Translations under genes and position numbers: made by a program
Notes under the pieces: model-generated
The model's database searches: none
What the model was told of the DNA's origin: nothing
The model's input: only the letters and a program-made list of their open reading frames with translations
Source of the DNA: Pristiophorus japonicus
Lineage: Eukaryota
DNA length: 64,000 bases
Assembly: GCF_044704955.1 (NCBI RefSeq)
Contig: NC_091977.1
Coordinates: forward strand, 74,958,001 to 75,022,000
Direction: 5' to 3'
In this document: in pieces, positions 52,263-62,809 of the stretch
Layout of the letters: each line of letters begins with the position of its first letter
How positions within the stretch are numbered: position 1 is the stretch's first letter

Positions 52263-54732
52263 TAAATCATGACTGTCGGGTAAAAGCATTATTAATGCAT
52301 TAATGAAAGCTAACCTAAGATGTATCAGTCAATTTGTTGCAAATAATATAAACTTTGGAATTACTGGTGAATAAAAAGGTTAATTGTTTAGCATATGAAA
52401 GGTGTATCATTAGTATATGTACCAGTAATATACCTCAATATAATTCATGACCTTGAACGTAAGGATTTGTATCATGTTTTCTTATAGACTTAACAGCACT
52501 AAAACAGGTATTATTTAGCGTAATGTGTTTTGACAAAACAAGTAAAAATAGAGCCAGAGCACGATTCACCATGCTCACATAGCACAACTGCGAATTAGTG
52601 CAACCCGAGGGAACTAGGAGAGCTTGCGATTTATGCAGCTGTGTGGTTGATTTCAGCTGACCGAGTTTTCTTATTTCTAGGTCAAACTGACATGTGGCAC
52701 CAATACGGGAGTGAAAGGAGCAAAAGGCCCAAGCAAGTGCAAGTATCTAATGGAATTACAAACCCCTTGTTTGCAGGGGGAAATCAGCACACAGAACTCT
52801 GACTCAGTTGAATTTTTAGGCATTTGCAAATTTATAACCCCATAAAAATCCTTTAGTTGCTAAAAGCATTTTAAAATAATCATGATGTATTAAATAATTT
52901 TAATTGTCTCTAAAAATATTGGTACCCATCATTAGTTCTTTCTCGGCCAGCACAGACACGATGGGCCAAATAGCCTCTTTTTCTGCCATAAATTTCTATG
53001 ATTCTATGATTAAGCATTTTAATCTCTTTGAATGAACACATAGCTTACAATAAAAACACTTTTCAGCAGTTATTTATGATTTTTCAAATATTTTGTGGTG
53101 AACAAACTGGAGAGAATGTCAAAAAATTATAATGATTATTTTCCTACCTGATGGTAATTCTTATAATTCCTATAATTCTCTTTATGATGGTAATAATGAC
53201 TGTCACGATGAAAAATTAGAATTAGAATTCTACAAATGTATGCAGGACTGTTTAGCATGATTTGTGTACTAAAATTATATCATTTTGTTTTGTGTTTGGA
53301 TTTACCAAGTACTGGTTGCTGAGGTGTGGCATCCCACATAGCAAAGCTCTGTATTGCAATATCGGCAAGCGATGTAGAAGCAAGTTCCTGATCTGCACTG
53401 GTGGGGCACGTAAATTGACAAGAAAGTCTATTTATCGTTCCCAAATGTGCTCAGCACATTATGCAATATCACTGCGCATCGGGGTGTTACCAAACTGCAT
53501 GGAAGCACCAATATTGATGACCTGATTGAAGCAGATGCATATGCTCCTCCAGCAGGCTCTAGGATAATTGGGCTATAGAAAGTCCACCATCTGCCTGAAT
53601 TGGGACCCTGAGCTGGTTTGTATTCAGAGAGAGCTTTGTTAATAATTAATCCGCCTGTAAAGGGTTTTCCCACTACTCAGCTTCAGAGTGTAGATATTAG
53701 GATAAGTTTGCACATGCTATACTCCTAGCTGAGAGCCATGCTCAAAAGAAGCACGAGTCAGAGAATTAGCTCGACAGGGTTTGAGCGCAGATCCCCTCTG
53801 GAAACATGGAATTGGTGATGTTCCCTGGATGATGTACATCTTCAGGAGACTGATTGTGGTTTCGGCCCATCTCTCATTTAACAATTTACCGACATCTTTT
53901 TCTTCATCACTGTCCTTTTGTGACATAGCTGTAGCCACCAGCCCAAAGTCAGTGGCAGGAGGCCGGAACCAATTTTAGGTTCAGGTCTCATTTGAATTGA
54001 TCTAGCGAGTTGCAGGTGCTCAATGGACGCTCCTCTGCAATTTGCCACTTCTATATAGCTGAGGGGGCAGGCATGAAGGGGCCAGCAGCAAGCTGCTGCA
54101 GTTTTCTCCCCAAATATTTATTTATTTTGTTTTTGGAGTGGCCTCCAGCGATCATTTTAAGGGCTGCTGCTGGAGCCACTTATTGCCTGGCACTTGTGTG
54201 CACAATGCATGCATCACCTTTTTGTTCATGAACATGGCAGTTCGAGTCCAACAACCAGTGTAGGATCCCGGTTTGCATATTAAAATAGTTTGTTTAAATA
54301 GCCGCTAATCAGGCAGAACTTGGGTATCAAAGGGATGTCCTAGATGCCCATTCAATTTCCCCTGTGATAGTTGAAAATTGTCTCAATTGATATTGTGCCC
54401 AAAAAGGTATCTTTGTGTAATTTTTCAATATTTTTTTCAATGGAATGAATAGTTCGGCTTCTGCAAAATGTGGTCACATTTTGAGTTTAGTCTGCGCCAT
54501 CTTTATCCATCCACTACCCCCCATCCAGTTATATGATGTCAATCTACGAGTAATCATTAGAATACATTACATATTTAAGCCATTCCATTCTCACCTGGTG
54601 AAATGTTCGATTTAAATAATTCCATCTAAAATCTTATCGGTATTAAATTGGTAGGTAGTGATGCTATAACATTCCTTATCTGAGCAGTTGGATGTGTGAA
54701 GTACTAAAATGCCTCAATTTACATAAAGCAGG

Positions 54733-55352
54733 TGTAAGGGTCGAAAATCCAGTGCTACACAAAAAAAAAGGCACCCGGTAACAAGGAAACAAAGCATGGG
54801 ATCATTCCATACACCCTTTTAATGGAACTTTGGCCAAGGCAAACCGCAGGAAGAAAGGCAGCTGGGAAATATGTCTGTGGCCAGACACTATGTGAATTCG
54901 GGGGCCACAGGCAGGCTGAGAAGCCAGCCAATCCCGGGAAAGTGCATCCTGGGCCGGCCAATCAGTGAATTGAGCTGGGCCAGAAACAGGGAAATCCTCG
55001 ACCAATAGGGAATACTCGGCCCATTTTGTAAAGGACAGCTTACCTGGATCTAATCAAGGAGAAGGGCCCATCACCAGCCCATTACCCATGTACATAAAGA
55101 CAATAGGAGAGGCCAACACCTCGGTGCACCCCGATCCTGACACAATAGCCAGCCAGACTATCAGGTCTCAAATATATCACTAAGCTTTAATTGGGTATAA
55201 GCAGCCTCAGACATATTGGTGGTATCAAACATATCACTAAGCTGTAATTGGGTATAAGCAGAAAAGGGGTCCACTGGTGATAGCAACTCAAATCACCATA
55301 GTCTGAAGGTTGCGTCCGGTCACAAGCAACAGTAGAAGGAAAAACCCCTACA
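54733..55352 (+). repeat. 5' LTR (620 bp, ~1 kb internal deletion)
   Basis: Matches 61050-61483, then jumps at ~55165 to the equivalent of ~62507-62691. Confidence 0.93.
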
Positions 55353-55357
55353 ACTAA

Positions 55358-55375
55358 TGGCGAGCCAGCCAGGAG
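55358..55375 (+). promoter_or_regulatory. Primer binding site, tRNA-Arg(ACG)
   Basis: TGGCGAGCCAGCCAGGAG is the reverse complement of the vertebrate tRNA-Arg(ACG) 3' end CTCCTGGCTGGCTCGCCA (tRNA sequence recalled from memory). It lies 5 nt after the LTR. Confidence 0.85.
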
Positions 55376-56119
55376 CTCAGTGGGAGAATGAGCTGACCAG
55401 CTCAGAGAAGGTGATCCTGGAACATTCCAAAATGGAGGAAAGAATGAAAGATTATGTGTTTTCTAAAGTTAATTTTTCTAAGGCTTGGGTTCAAAGCCTG
55501 ACTAGGGCGCCGCGTCCAGCAGACGTGGTGGCCCAGTGGACTGCGGGCCCAACCTATAGCAAGAATATAGAGAAGACTATCTGGCTAATCTGCTTGACAA
55601 GGCAGGTTAGAGAGCTAGACCTCCAGGTAGGGAGGTTACAGGATGAACTCAAGGAAGCAGTGATAACCTCAGCAGCCAGCAGTGCAGCGGGCACCCAGGT
55701 CACAGAGGAGCTTATAGCAGAAAGGAACAGGAGAGCACAATTGGAGGAGACTTTCTGTAACCACCAGGAGTACCTGCAGAGTCAGGTTACAGTGTCTCGG
55801 TCTGCAGAGCAGAAACATAGGGAATGAAGTATAACCTATGCGAAGCAAGTACAGGAACTGCAAGGCCAGCTAGAGGATTTGTGTGTTGCCTATAAAGTCA
55901 ACATGGAAATCAGCCGTGAGAAGGCAGAACATGCATCCTGCCAGAAATGGATCCAATCCCTCCTCCAGGCTCTGTCCTAGGTAAAGGGGACAGTGTGTCT
56001 GCTGGGGCCCAGGGGGTCTGCCAATGAATGGGGAGTGGAGGAGGATCCAACGGCAGAAGCCAGTTGACTGCCTTCCGAGGCGCCGGTAATGTGTCCGGCA
56101 GGCTTCAGGGAGGAACAGA

Positions 56120-56280
56120 GGGTGCAGTCCACGAAGCCCACAGGGCATGGGACCGATCAGGGAGAGTCGGTCCAGCCAAAAGGGCATGGGGCCGGCCAGG
56201 GAGAGTCAGTCCAGCCAAAAGGGCATGGGGCCGGCCAGTTGGAGCCGACCCAGACAAAGGGGTATGGGACACCCATAGAA
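56120..56280 (+). repeat. 39 bp coding tandem repeat in gag, about 4 copies
   Basis: QGESVQPKGHGAG units (GTCCAGCCAAAAGGGCATGGGGCCGGCCAG..). Confidence 0.85.
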
Positions 56281-57285
56281 AGGGTCGAGTCTGTCAGTTT
56301 GATCACGGCTGAAGAACAAGGGGAGCCAGTAGTAACATCCGCAGTGGGACCGATGTGCCCGGCTGTGCAGAGAAAATACGGCCCCCCCACAGGGTGCACA
56401 ACTCCAGGGACCGCTCGACAGCGAGTTTATTATCCCGCATGGGGTGCAAGCCCTAAAGGCTATGGTATCGCCCATCCCCAAGCTGACTAGGCAAGGAGAC
56501 CCGTACGCCCATTTCCTGGAAGTAGCGCAGGCAGTAGACCTCAATGCCTGCGATAATGCAGAAGCAGTTAAAGTGCTCTTATTCTCAATAGATGGAAGAA
56601 TCTATCAGGCTCTTCCCCCTGTTTGTCGAGGGGGATGCTGTACCTTGGAGGCTCTGAAAAGGGCCATCCTGGAAGCTGTGGGGTGGAACGAGGGAAGCCC
56701 TTTCGAAAGGATAGCAAAGACCCGTCAGCTAACCGGAGAGGCCCCACAGATCTATGTAGACAGGCTGTGGCTGATGAATAGCACAGTAGAGCAGAGGGAG
56801 GCCTGGTTTCGCACCATAATCGCGAACAGCCTGCCCAGTGTAAAGGAAAGGGCAGACCTCTGGTTTATCCCTGCAGACCCCAACCTCACCGAGGACATCA
56901 TGATAGGCAGACTGACCGCCACACGGCGGATGGAGGAGGAGGAGAAGCCTGAAAAACCCATAAAGGGTCGGGTGCACACGGTGCAACCCAACCAAACCCC
57001 AAGAAAGAGTGGCATCAGGAAGGGGGATATCCTTCCCATAAGAGGGGCGTATGTTACGGGTGCGGCAAGCCGGGCCATTTCCACAACAACTGCCGGCCCA
57101 ACCCGTACCGCACCAAGGAAGTGAAAACACCCCCGGAGGGGAACCCAGGCGGCGAGAAACCCGGGGCCACCGCAGCATTCGAGACTGCGGTGGAAACCCT
57201 CAGGCAGCTGCTGGCAGGTTCCGGCCGGGTGAACATAGCTGTAGGCAGGGAGATCCCAACAGCTCCCCGACAGCAGAAACTGTGA

Positions 57286-58089
57286 CTAGGCCCCACCAAG
57301 CCCACCTACCTGTGTCCGCTGGACTACGACTCGTGGGGAAGACCATGGGTAAAGATGGAGGTGGAGGGGAGCCAGGGTAATTACCTGTTGGACACGGGGG
57401 CTTCAAGCCCACTTGTCCACACAGAGGACCCGGCCTCCTCACCCCTGTTTAACGGTGTACCCTACGAATTGGTCGGCTTCACAGGAGACGAGAGGCCAGG
57501 AAAAAGGAAGGCTTCCACAGGTAAAGAAACCCCACAGGAGACAGAGGACATTCCGGTGGATGTGGAGGCTATAACTGAGGTCAACCCCGGCCCCGAAGCC
57601 CCACAACCCGGAATAGTCCACTGCCACAGTAAGACCATCACACAGCAGAGTGAAGTGGCACAGCCTGCTAGGCAGGAAAGGGACTTAGCACAGGAGAAGG
57701 GAGTCCTGTGCAGTATAACGACAGGGCAGGTAGAGGAAGGGATAAACCAGTGGGAGGACCAAGGGGTGCAGCCCGTAACACGGGACTCCGTGCCCCTGGT
57801 TAGGCGTAGTTCCAGAGTGGGGCAGTCTAGGATGCCTTGGTCCCCTGCATAGCTTCCCGCCCGTCCCAAAGTCAGACGAGAAAAGAAGCACAAGAGTGGC
57901 CGACTCTGTGCGGTAAAAGGAACACCACCGAAAGACCCGGGAAAGATCCCAGATACTGAAGGGCTCACAGAAATAGAAGCAGGACATTTAAAAGAAGTCC
58001 TCCTGCAAGCCCTACAAAAGGGGACAGTCCGGCTCCTGGGGCAAGGTCAGCAAGATGGCCAACCAAGCCAAGTCAGTATCAGAGACTGA
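57286..58089 (+). pseudogene. pro: Aspartic protease N-terminal half fused to a presumed pol C-terminal tail; RT, RNaseH and IN absent
   Basis: In frame with gag: YDSWGRPWVKMEVEG..YLLDTGAS..LVGFTG. Then a low-complexity tail with PLVRRSSRV, a stop at 57850 and further open frame to 58089. No YxDD or DDE motifs. Confidence 0.8.
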
Positions 58090-58250
58090 CCTGGCCACCC
58101 GGAGACGGGTGGCATTGTATAGCCCGGTGTTCTGTATATAGTTTAGGGAGATTTTAAAGTGAGGTGATGGTGTTTTTATTTTGTGATATTACTCCAGTCG
58201 AGCCTGAAGAAGTCTTAGGCAAGACTGTGTTCAATCTTGTGTTCCAGAAG

Positions 58251-60566
58251 ATGCTCCGGACCGTCGCGATGTTATTTACCTACCTGGGGACCTGCACCGG
58301 ACAGAAACTCGACATCGAGACGTCTTTGACATATGGGTGCTCCGGGGGCAGGGCGCCAATTGTGACCATGGGAGAAGGGATCATGGAGGCAGTAGGCCAG
58401 GCCACCTACTGCCACAAGGGAGATGGCCTGGGTGGTTGGGTTCGAATTCCACCCGGTATTTGAGCCATGAGAGTTTTACCTATGTGGAGGCCTCCATCCC
58501 TTACCCCGAAATCGAGATGGCCACATCCCGGGTTAGGATGACAGGGAAGGAGAGTGTGTTTAACGTGTGTTGGGGACATATCTTTGGGACGCAGGTGGTG
58601 GCTCAGGAAACTGAGCGCGGACATCGAGGACAGCAGCTCAGATTGGGAACGTCTGAGCAATGACACCTACCGAACGATCACGGGGTCACCGGGGGGGGGG
58701 GGGGGTCATTGTGTGTTGGGAGAAATGGTGGGCCTATGATCAGGAGATCTATACCTGCTTATGGGGATCAGCCCGAATATGCCCAGCTGGGCTGTCAATT
58801 GCTTTTGCCTGATAGTGGAAGGACTCGGGGAAGGGGATGGAATGGCATCGCAGCAGGGAAGACTGTGTGCTCCCTCACTTCCGGGTACCAGTAAACGCCA
58901 CCGAGCTGCTGGCTCAGGTGCAGAAACCCCTGCCCATACCCAAGCCCATTGACAGTCATGGATATCCGTCCACCACTAGGGGACCTGGGAATGGGTTAGT
59001 GTTAGTACCAACAGATAAGTTAATATACCAGGGAGTACATTATGCAGTTGCTTCAGGAATTCTAAACCTGACAGAAGTTCACCTACCTGCTTTCTGCCCC
59101 AGAGAAACCAAGTTGTTGTATCAAGCTCTACTGAAGGAAATGTTCAGGAGCTTTTACAAGCTGGACTTTGGGGACATCAATGTAGCAGACTTGTACAGGC
59201 AGGAAGACATCACCGAACGAGGCAGACAACGCAGGGGTGTCATGAACGACGTTTTTACGGGGATCAACACTGGGGCCTCTGTCATGAACAGCCTGGACGA
59301 GGTGCAGCTGGCCCTACAGATCAATGGGTTAAAATCACAGCTGCACAGCATCCTTGGCAAAGGGAACCACGTATTGGGTTCCTAACTGTATGAGGGGGTA
59401 GCTATGATGGTACACCTTAAAGAAATCATTACCCAGATAGAGAATCATACCCGAACCATAAACGCCCTGATCAGGGAGGACCGGCTGGCCTCCGATCAAG
59501 CTGCGCAGAATGAGGTGTGTGTACTCTATGGGGCCTGGTTGCTGGGAGAGGGACGGAGTAACTTGGAGGACCTTAGGCAAGGTCGGGTCCCCTCCTGGAT
59601 CAGTAACAGGCACCTGGGGGCACTACACCCCTATAGCAGCACCCTCAGCCCCTGTCAACTCCGGGTAGCGTCCGAGGCCTACCCTGTCCAGGTTGACTGC
59701 GGGAAATCTAACCACACCATCATGGGCATAGTCGTGTGGATGCCAAACCAGCACCCCTGTACCATGTGGAAAACATAGGAATCATTCGAGGGGGGGTGCA
59801 CGTCCGTTTCGCAATGGTCCCACCCTATTTCATTATGTGGGAACACGCAATGACAGGGACAGACTTAGCTGGTTGCTGTAGCCGGGGAGCACAGGTCATC
59901 CTGTGTCCCCAGCACTTGAACGCCTTTGGGAGGCCACAGTGCGGGTTTAGCACTGCTGGGGCAGAACCTATAAATTGCACAATGGAGGTGATGGCACCTG
60001 GCTATGTACCTCCACAGATAGCATATGTAGGTGGTGGGACATATTGTGTCGCCACGGCTGCCCACCGGTATAGACACGGCCCGAGTGAGTGGTGTGATAT
60101 TCCGGACAACAGTTTTTGCTTTAAACCCAGGGCGGAAGTTCAAGTGGCCCAGGAAAGGATCATTCCAATCCCAGAACCCTCCACAATTCACCTCACGGTA
60201 CAATACAACGCGAGTGACCTGCAGAAGTACGCTGTCCCTTTTGGTTATCTTATAACATTACTCCCTGAGAAACTCACCGCCTTGTTGAAGGCAGTGGAAC
60301 TCAGCCAAAAGCATTATTACACTCTGGAACAAAGGACAAAGAGTATAGCCCTCGAGATTGCAAACATACAGTCACCAGCATGGTGGGACTGGGGTACCCG
60401 GGTGGATATCCCTGTTTGGCTCCGTGTGGCCTCCCACACACTGGTTATTGCACAGTTAATTATTGTCCTGTACCTTCTAGCCAGCGCTTGTAAATCTAAG
60501 CAGGCTCAGAGGGCACAGGGCTATTCCGTAATGTTCCAGAGACAGCAGCAAGACAGCCTCGTCTGA
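58251..60566 (+). pseudogene. env: env: class I F-type fusion glycoprotein with stops and frameshifts
   Basis: Acceptor-like TTGTGTTCCAG (to 58247) precedes ATG 58251 and signal-like MLRTVAMLFTYLGTCTG. Furin site RGRQRR ends at 59235, followed by a fusion-peptide-like GVMNDVFTGINTGASVMNS, a heptad helix, a Cys-rich domain, WWDW, a TM VASHTLVIAQLIIVLYLLA and a short tail. N-glycosylation sequons NAT, NLT, NHT, NCT, NAS. Confidence 0.85.
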
Positions 60567-60592
60567 TCATTAAGAACGCCCTTTGTTTCCAG

Positions 60593-60811
60593 GTGTTCTT
60601 CCCTTTTTCAGAAACAAAGAAGGACACTCTGGCTGCCGTAACATCCCGAGAAGTCGCACCCGGAGACGGACCAACCCAGTCAACTATCCCAGGCATGAAG
60701 CACATCATGGACTCGCATACCATGGATATTCTCTGTGCAGTAACTATGTGTGTTGGTGTGCTGTACTGTTTTGAAACTTGGTGCAAGAAGCGCAAGAAAC
60801 ACGTGACATAG
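60593..60811 (+). CDS. Putative small accessory membrane protein or exon between env and the 3' LTR
   Basis: Open frame ending ILCAVTMCVGVLYCFETWCKKRKKHVT*, preceded by pyrimidine-rich acceptors (AG at 60591-2 and 60610-1). Confidence 0.4.
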   Translation: MFFPFSETKKDTLAAVTSREVAPGDGPTQSTIPGMKHIMDSHTMDILCAVTMCVGVLYCFETWCKKRKKHVT

Positions 60812-61037
60812 TGTGATTTTGGGTTTGAAAGCTCTATGTAACTAAAACAAAGAGGTACCTGTTTTGTAATTTACCTGCAAGAAAGTGGGGTTAATGTACA
60901 TAGTAAGAACGTTGTTTGTGCACCTGGGAGTAAACGGGCCCATAGTCGAGGATAATTAATGGGGAAGACTGACAATTTGCAGACCCTAGGGATTTCTTAC
61001 AATCCTTTGACACATTCCGTTTATTTCCGGATCTGTC

Positions 61038-61049
61038 AAGATGGGGGAG
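61038..61049 (+). promoter_or_regulatory. Polypurine tract
   Basis: AAGATGGGGGAG lies immediately before the 3' LTR TG. Confidence 0.85.
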
Positions 61050-62691
61050 TGTAAGGGTCGAAAATCCAGTGCTACACAAAAAAAAAGGCACCCGGTAACA
61101 AGGAAACAGAGCATGGGATCATTCCATACACCCTTTTAATCGAACTTTGGCCAAGGCAAACTGCAGGAAGAAAGGCAGGCTGGGAAATATGTCTGTGGCC
61201 AGACACTATGTGAATTCGGGGGCCACAGGCAGGCTGAGAAGCCAGCCAATCCCGGGAAAGTGCATCCTGGGCCGGCCTTTCAGTGAATCGAGCCAGGCCA
61301 GAAGCAGGGAAATCCTCGACCAATAGGGAATACTTGGCCCATTTTGTAAAGGACAGCTTACCTGGATCTAATCAAGGAGAATGGCCCATCACCAGCCCAT
61401 TACCCATGTACATAAAGACAATAGGAGAGGCCAACACCTCAGTGCATCCCGACCCTGACACAATAGCCAGCCAGACTATCAGGCACCGAGGTGCACAAGA
61501 AACAATGCTTTACCTTAACACCTCATCCCCACCTCGACTCAAACAATGAGACACTGATTCAGTTTGGGCGCGAAAAGGGCCGGAACCGAACCGGGTATAA
61601 AAGTGAGAGTTGGCAGCACTTGAAGAACACAGACAAGGGGACCTGACGACACCACAAAGGAAGAGAGAGGGACTCAGCCTCGCAAAAGAACGAGCCAGGC
61701 TAAAGAACTTCGGAGCGGCCAAAGACAACTACCACCAGCGGACCTAGACTCCATCCGTGTGCTGACCCAGCGACCGAAAACCAAGGAAGAGGAAAAAAGG
61801 GGCCCAACCTTGCCCTAAGCAACCGAGCCGCACACCAGGACCGCGCTCCGAGACCCACCGACTGGACAACCGATGACCGAGGTGACCGGGGGAGGCAACA
61901 TTCACCCCAGTCCACAATGACAACTCACCCGGCCGAAAAGAAACACAACTGCGAGCCCATACAACCTCCAAGGATAACTGGAGCAAATCCGATTTAAGGT
62001 GGGACCCACTATAACCGTCAAAGGAAACTGTGAGTATCACCCTGGAGTCTTCTCCCAACTGTCAGCTTAGGCTAATTAGGTGTAAAGGAGGGGCTGGGTG
62101 ATAGAGTGGGTATAAGGATTTTAAACATGTGTAGAATTTCATTGTGTCCATTCCTCCCATAAACCTTTTTTTCCTTAGTTCAAAGTGGTTCAACAAGCCA
62201 GTGTGTCGACCTTGTATTTCACTTGGTCCACACTTTGGGGGCTCGCACCAATTTTATTATGTGTGTATTAGTTTTGTGTTTTCTTTAGCAACTTAACCTT
62301 GTTTAAACGCTCACCTGGGTTTTAATAAAGTAGGACTTACCTGACTTTTCCAGGAACATTTCTTGTCTTTTGCATCTCTGAGTGTTTTATTGTGGGAAGC
62401 TCATTATCCACCTAAATTCTGAGGTCAGAACTTGATAGGGGTGCAGCACGCCTCAAAACATCAAGGTTGCAATTGGGTATTAGCAACCTTAGTCCTATTG
62501 GTGGTATCAAATATATCACTAAGCTGTAATTGGGTATAAGCAGCCTCAGACATATTGGTGGTATCAAGCATATCACTAAGCTGTAATTGGGTATAAGCAG
62601 AAAAGGGGTCCACCGGTGATAGCAATTCAAATCACCATAGTCTGAAGGTTGCGTCCGGTCACAAGCAGCAGTAGAAGGAAAAACCCCTACA
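61050..62691 (+). repeat. 3' LTR (1642 bp)
   Basis: TG..CA termini, CCAAT boxes, TATAAAA at 61596-61602, AATAAA at 62324-62329, and 57 bp tandem repeats at ~62470-62600. Confidence 0.93.
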
Positions 62692-62809
62692 CAGGGCCTG
62701 GAATTTCCGCACATCTGCTCCAATTGCACTGCAACAATATCCAGTAACGTTACAGTGGTAGAGCATGAGCAACGTTGAGGAAATTCACAGCCAGGAAATC
62801 ACACACAAT

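Larger units (their letters stand above)
55357..57285 (+). pseudogene. gag: gag: coiled-coil N-terminus, 13-aa repeats, capsid-like region, CCHC zinc knuckle
   Basis: Frame 1 from ATG 55357 with stops at 55825, 55978 and 56065. Capsid-like segment in frame 2 (56444-~56995), returning to frame 1 with CYGCGKPGHFHNNC at 57052-57093. Ends with TGA at 57283-57285. Confidence 0.85.
54733..62691 (+). mobile_element. Endogenous retrovirus-like provirus: LTR-gag-pro(pol deleted)-F-like env-small ORF-LTR
   Basis: 4 bp TSD CAGG (54729-54732 and 62692-62695), LTR termini TGTAAGGG..CCCCTACA, PBS, PPT, and gag, protease and env motifs. Confidence 0.93.

Noticed and set aside
62470-62600. CRISPR-like repeat array
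   Set aside because: The units are head-to-tail with no unique spacers, in a eukaryotic LTR context.
62412-62729. Minus-strand ORF with 19-aa repeats
   Set aside because: It is a by-product of the 57 bp U5 tandem repeat and runs past the LTR end into flanking DNA.
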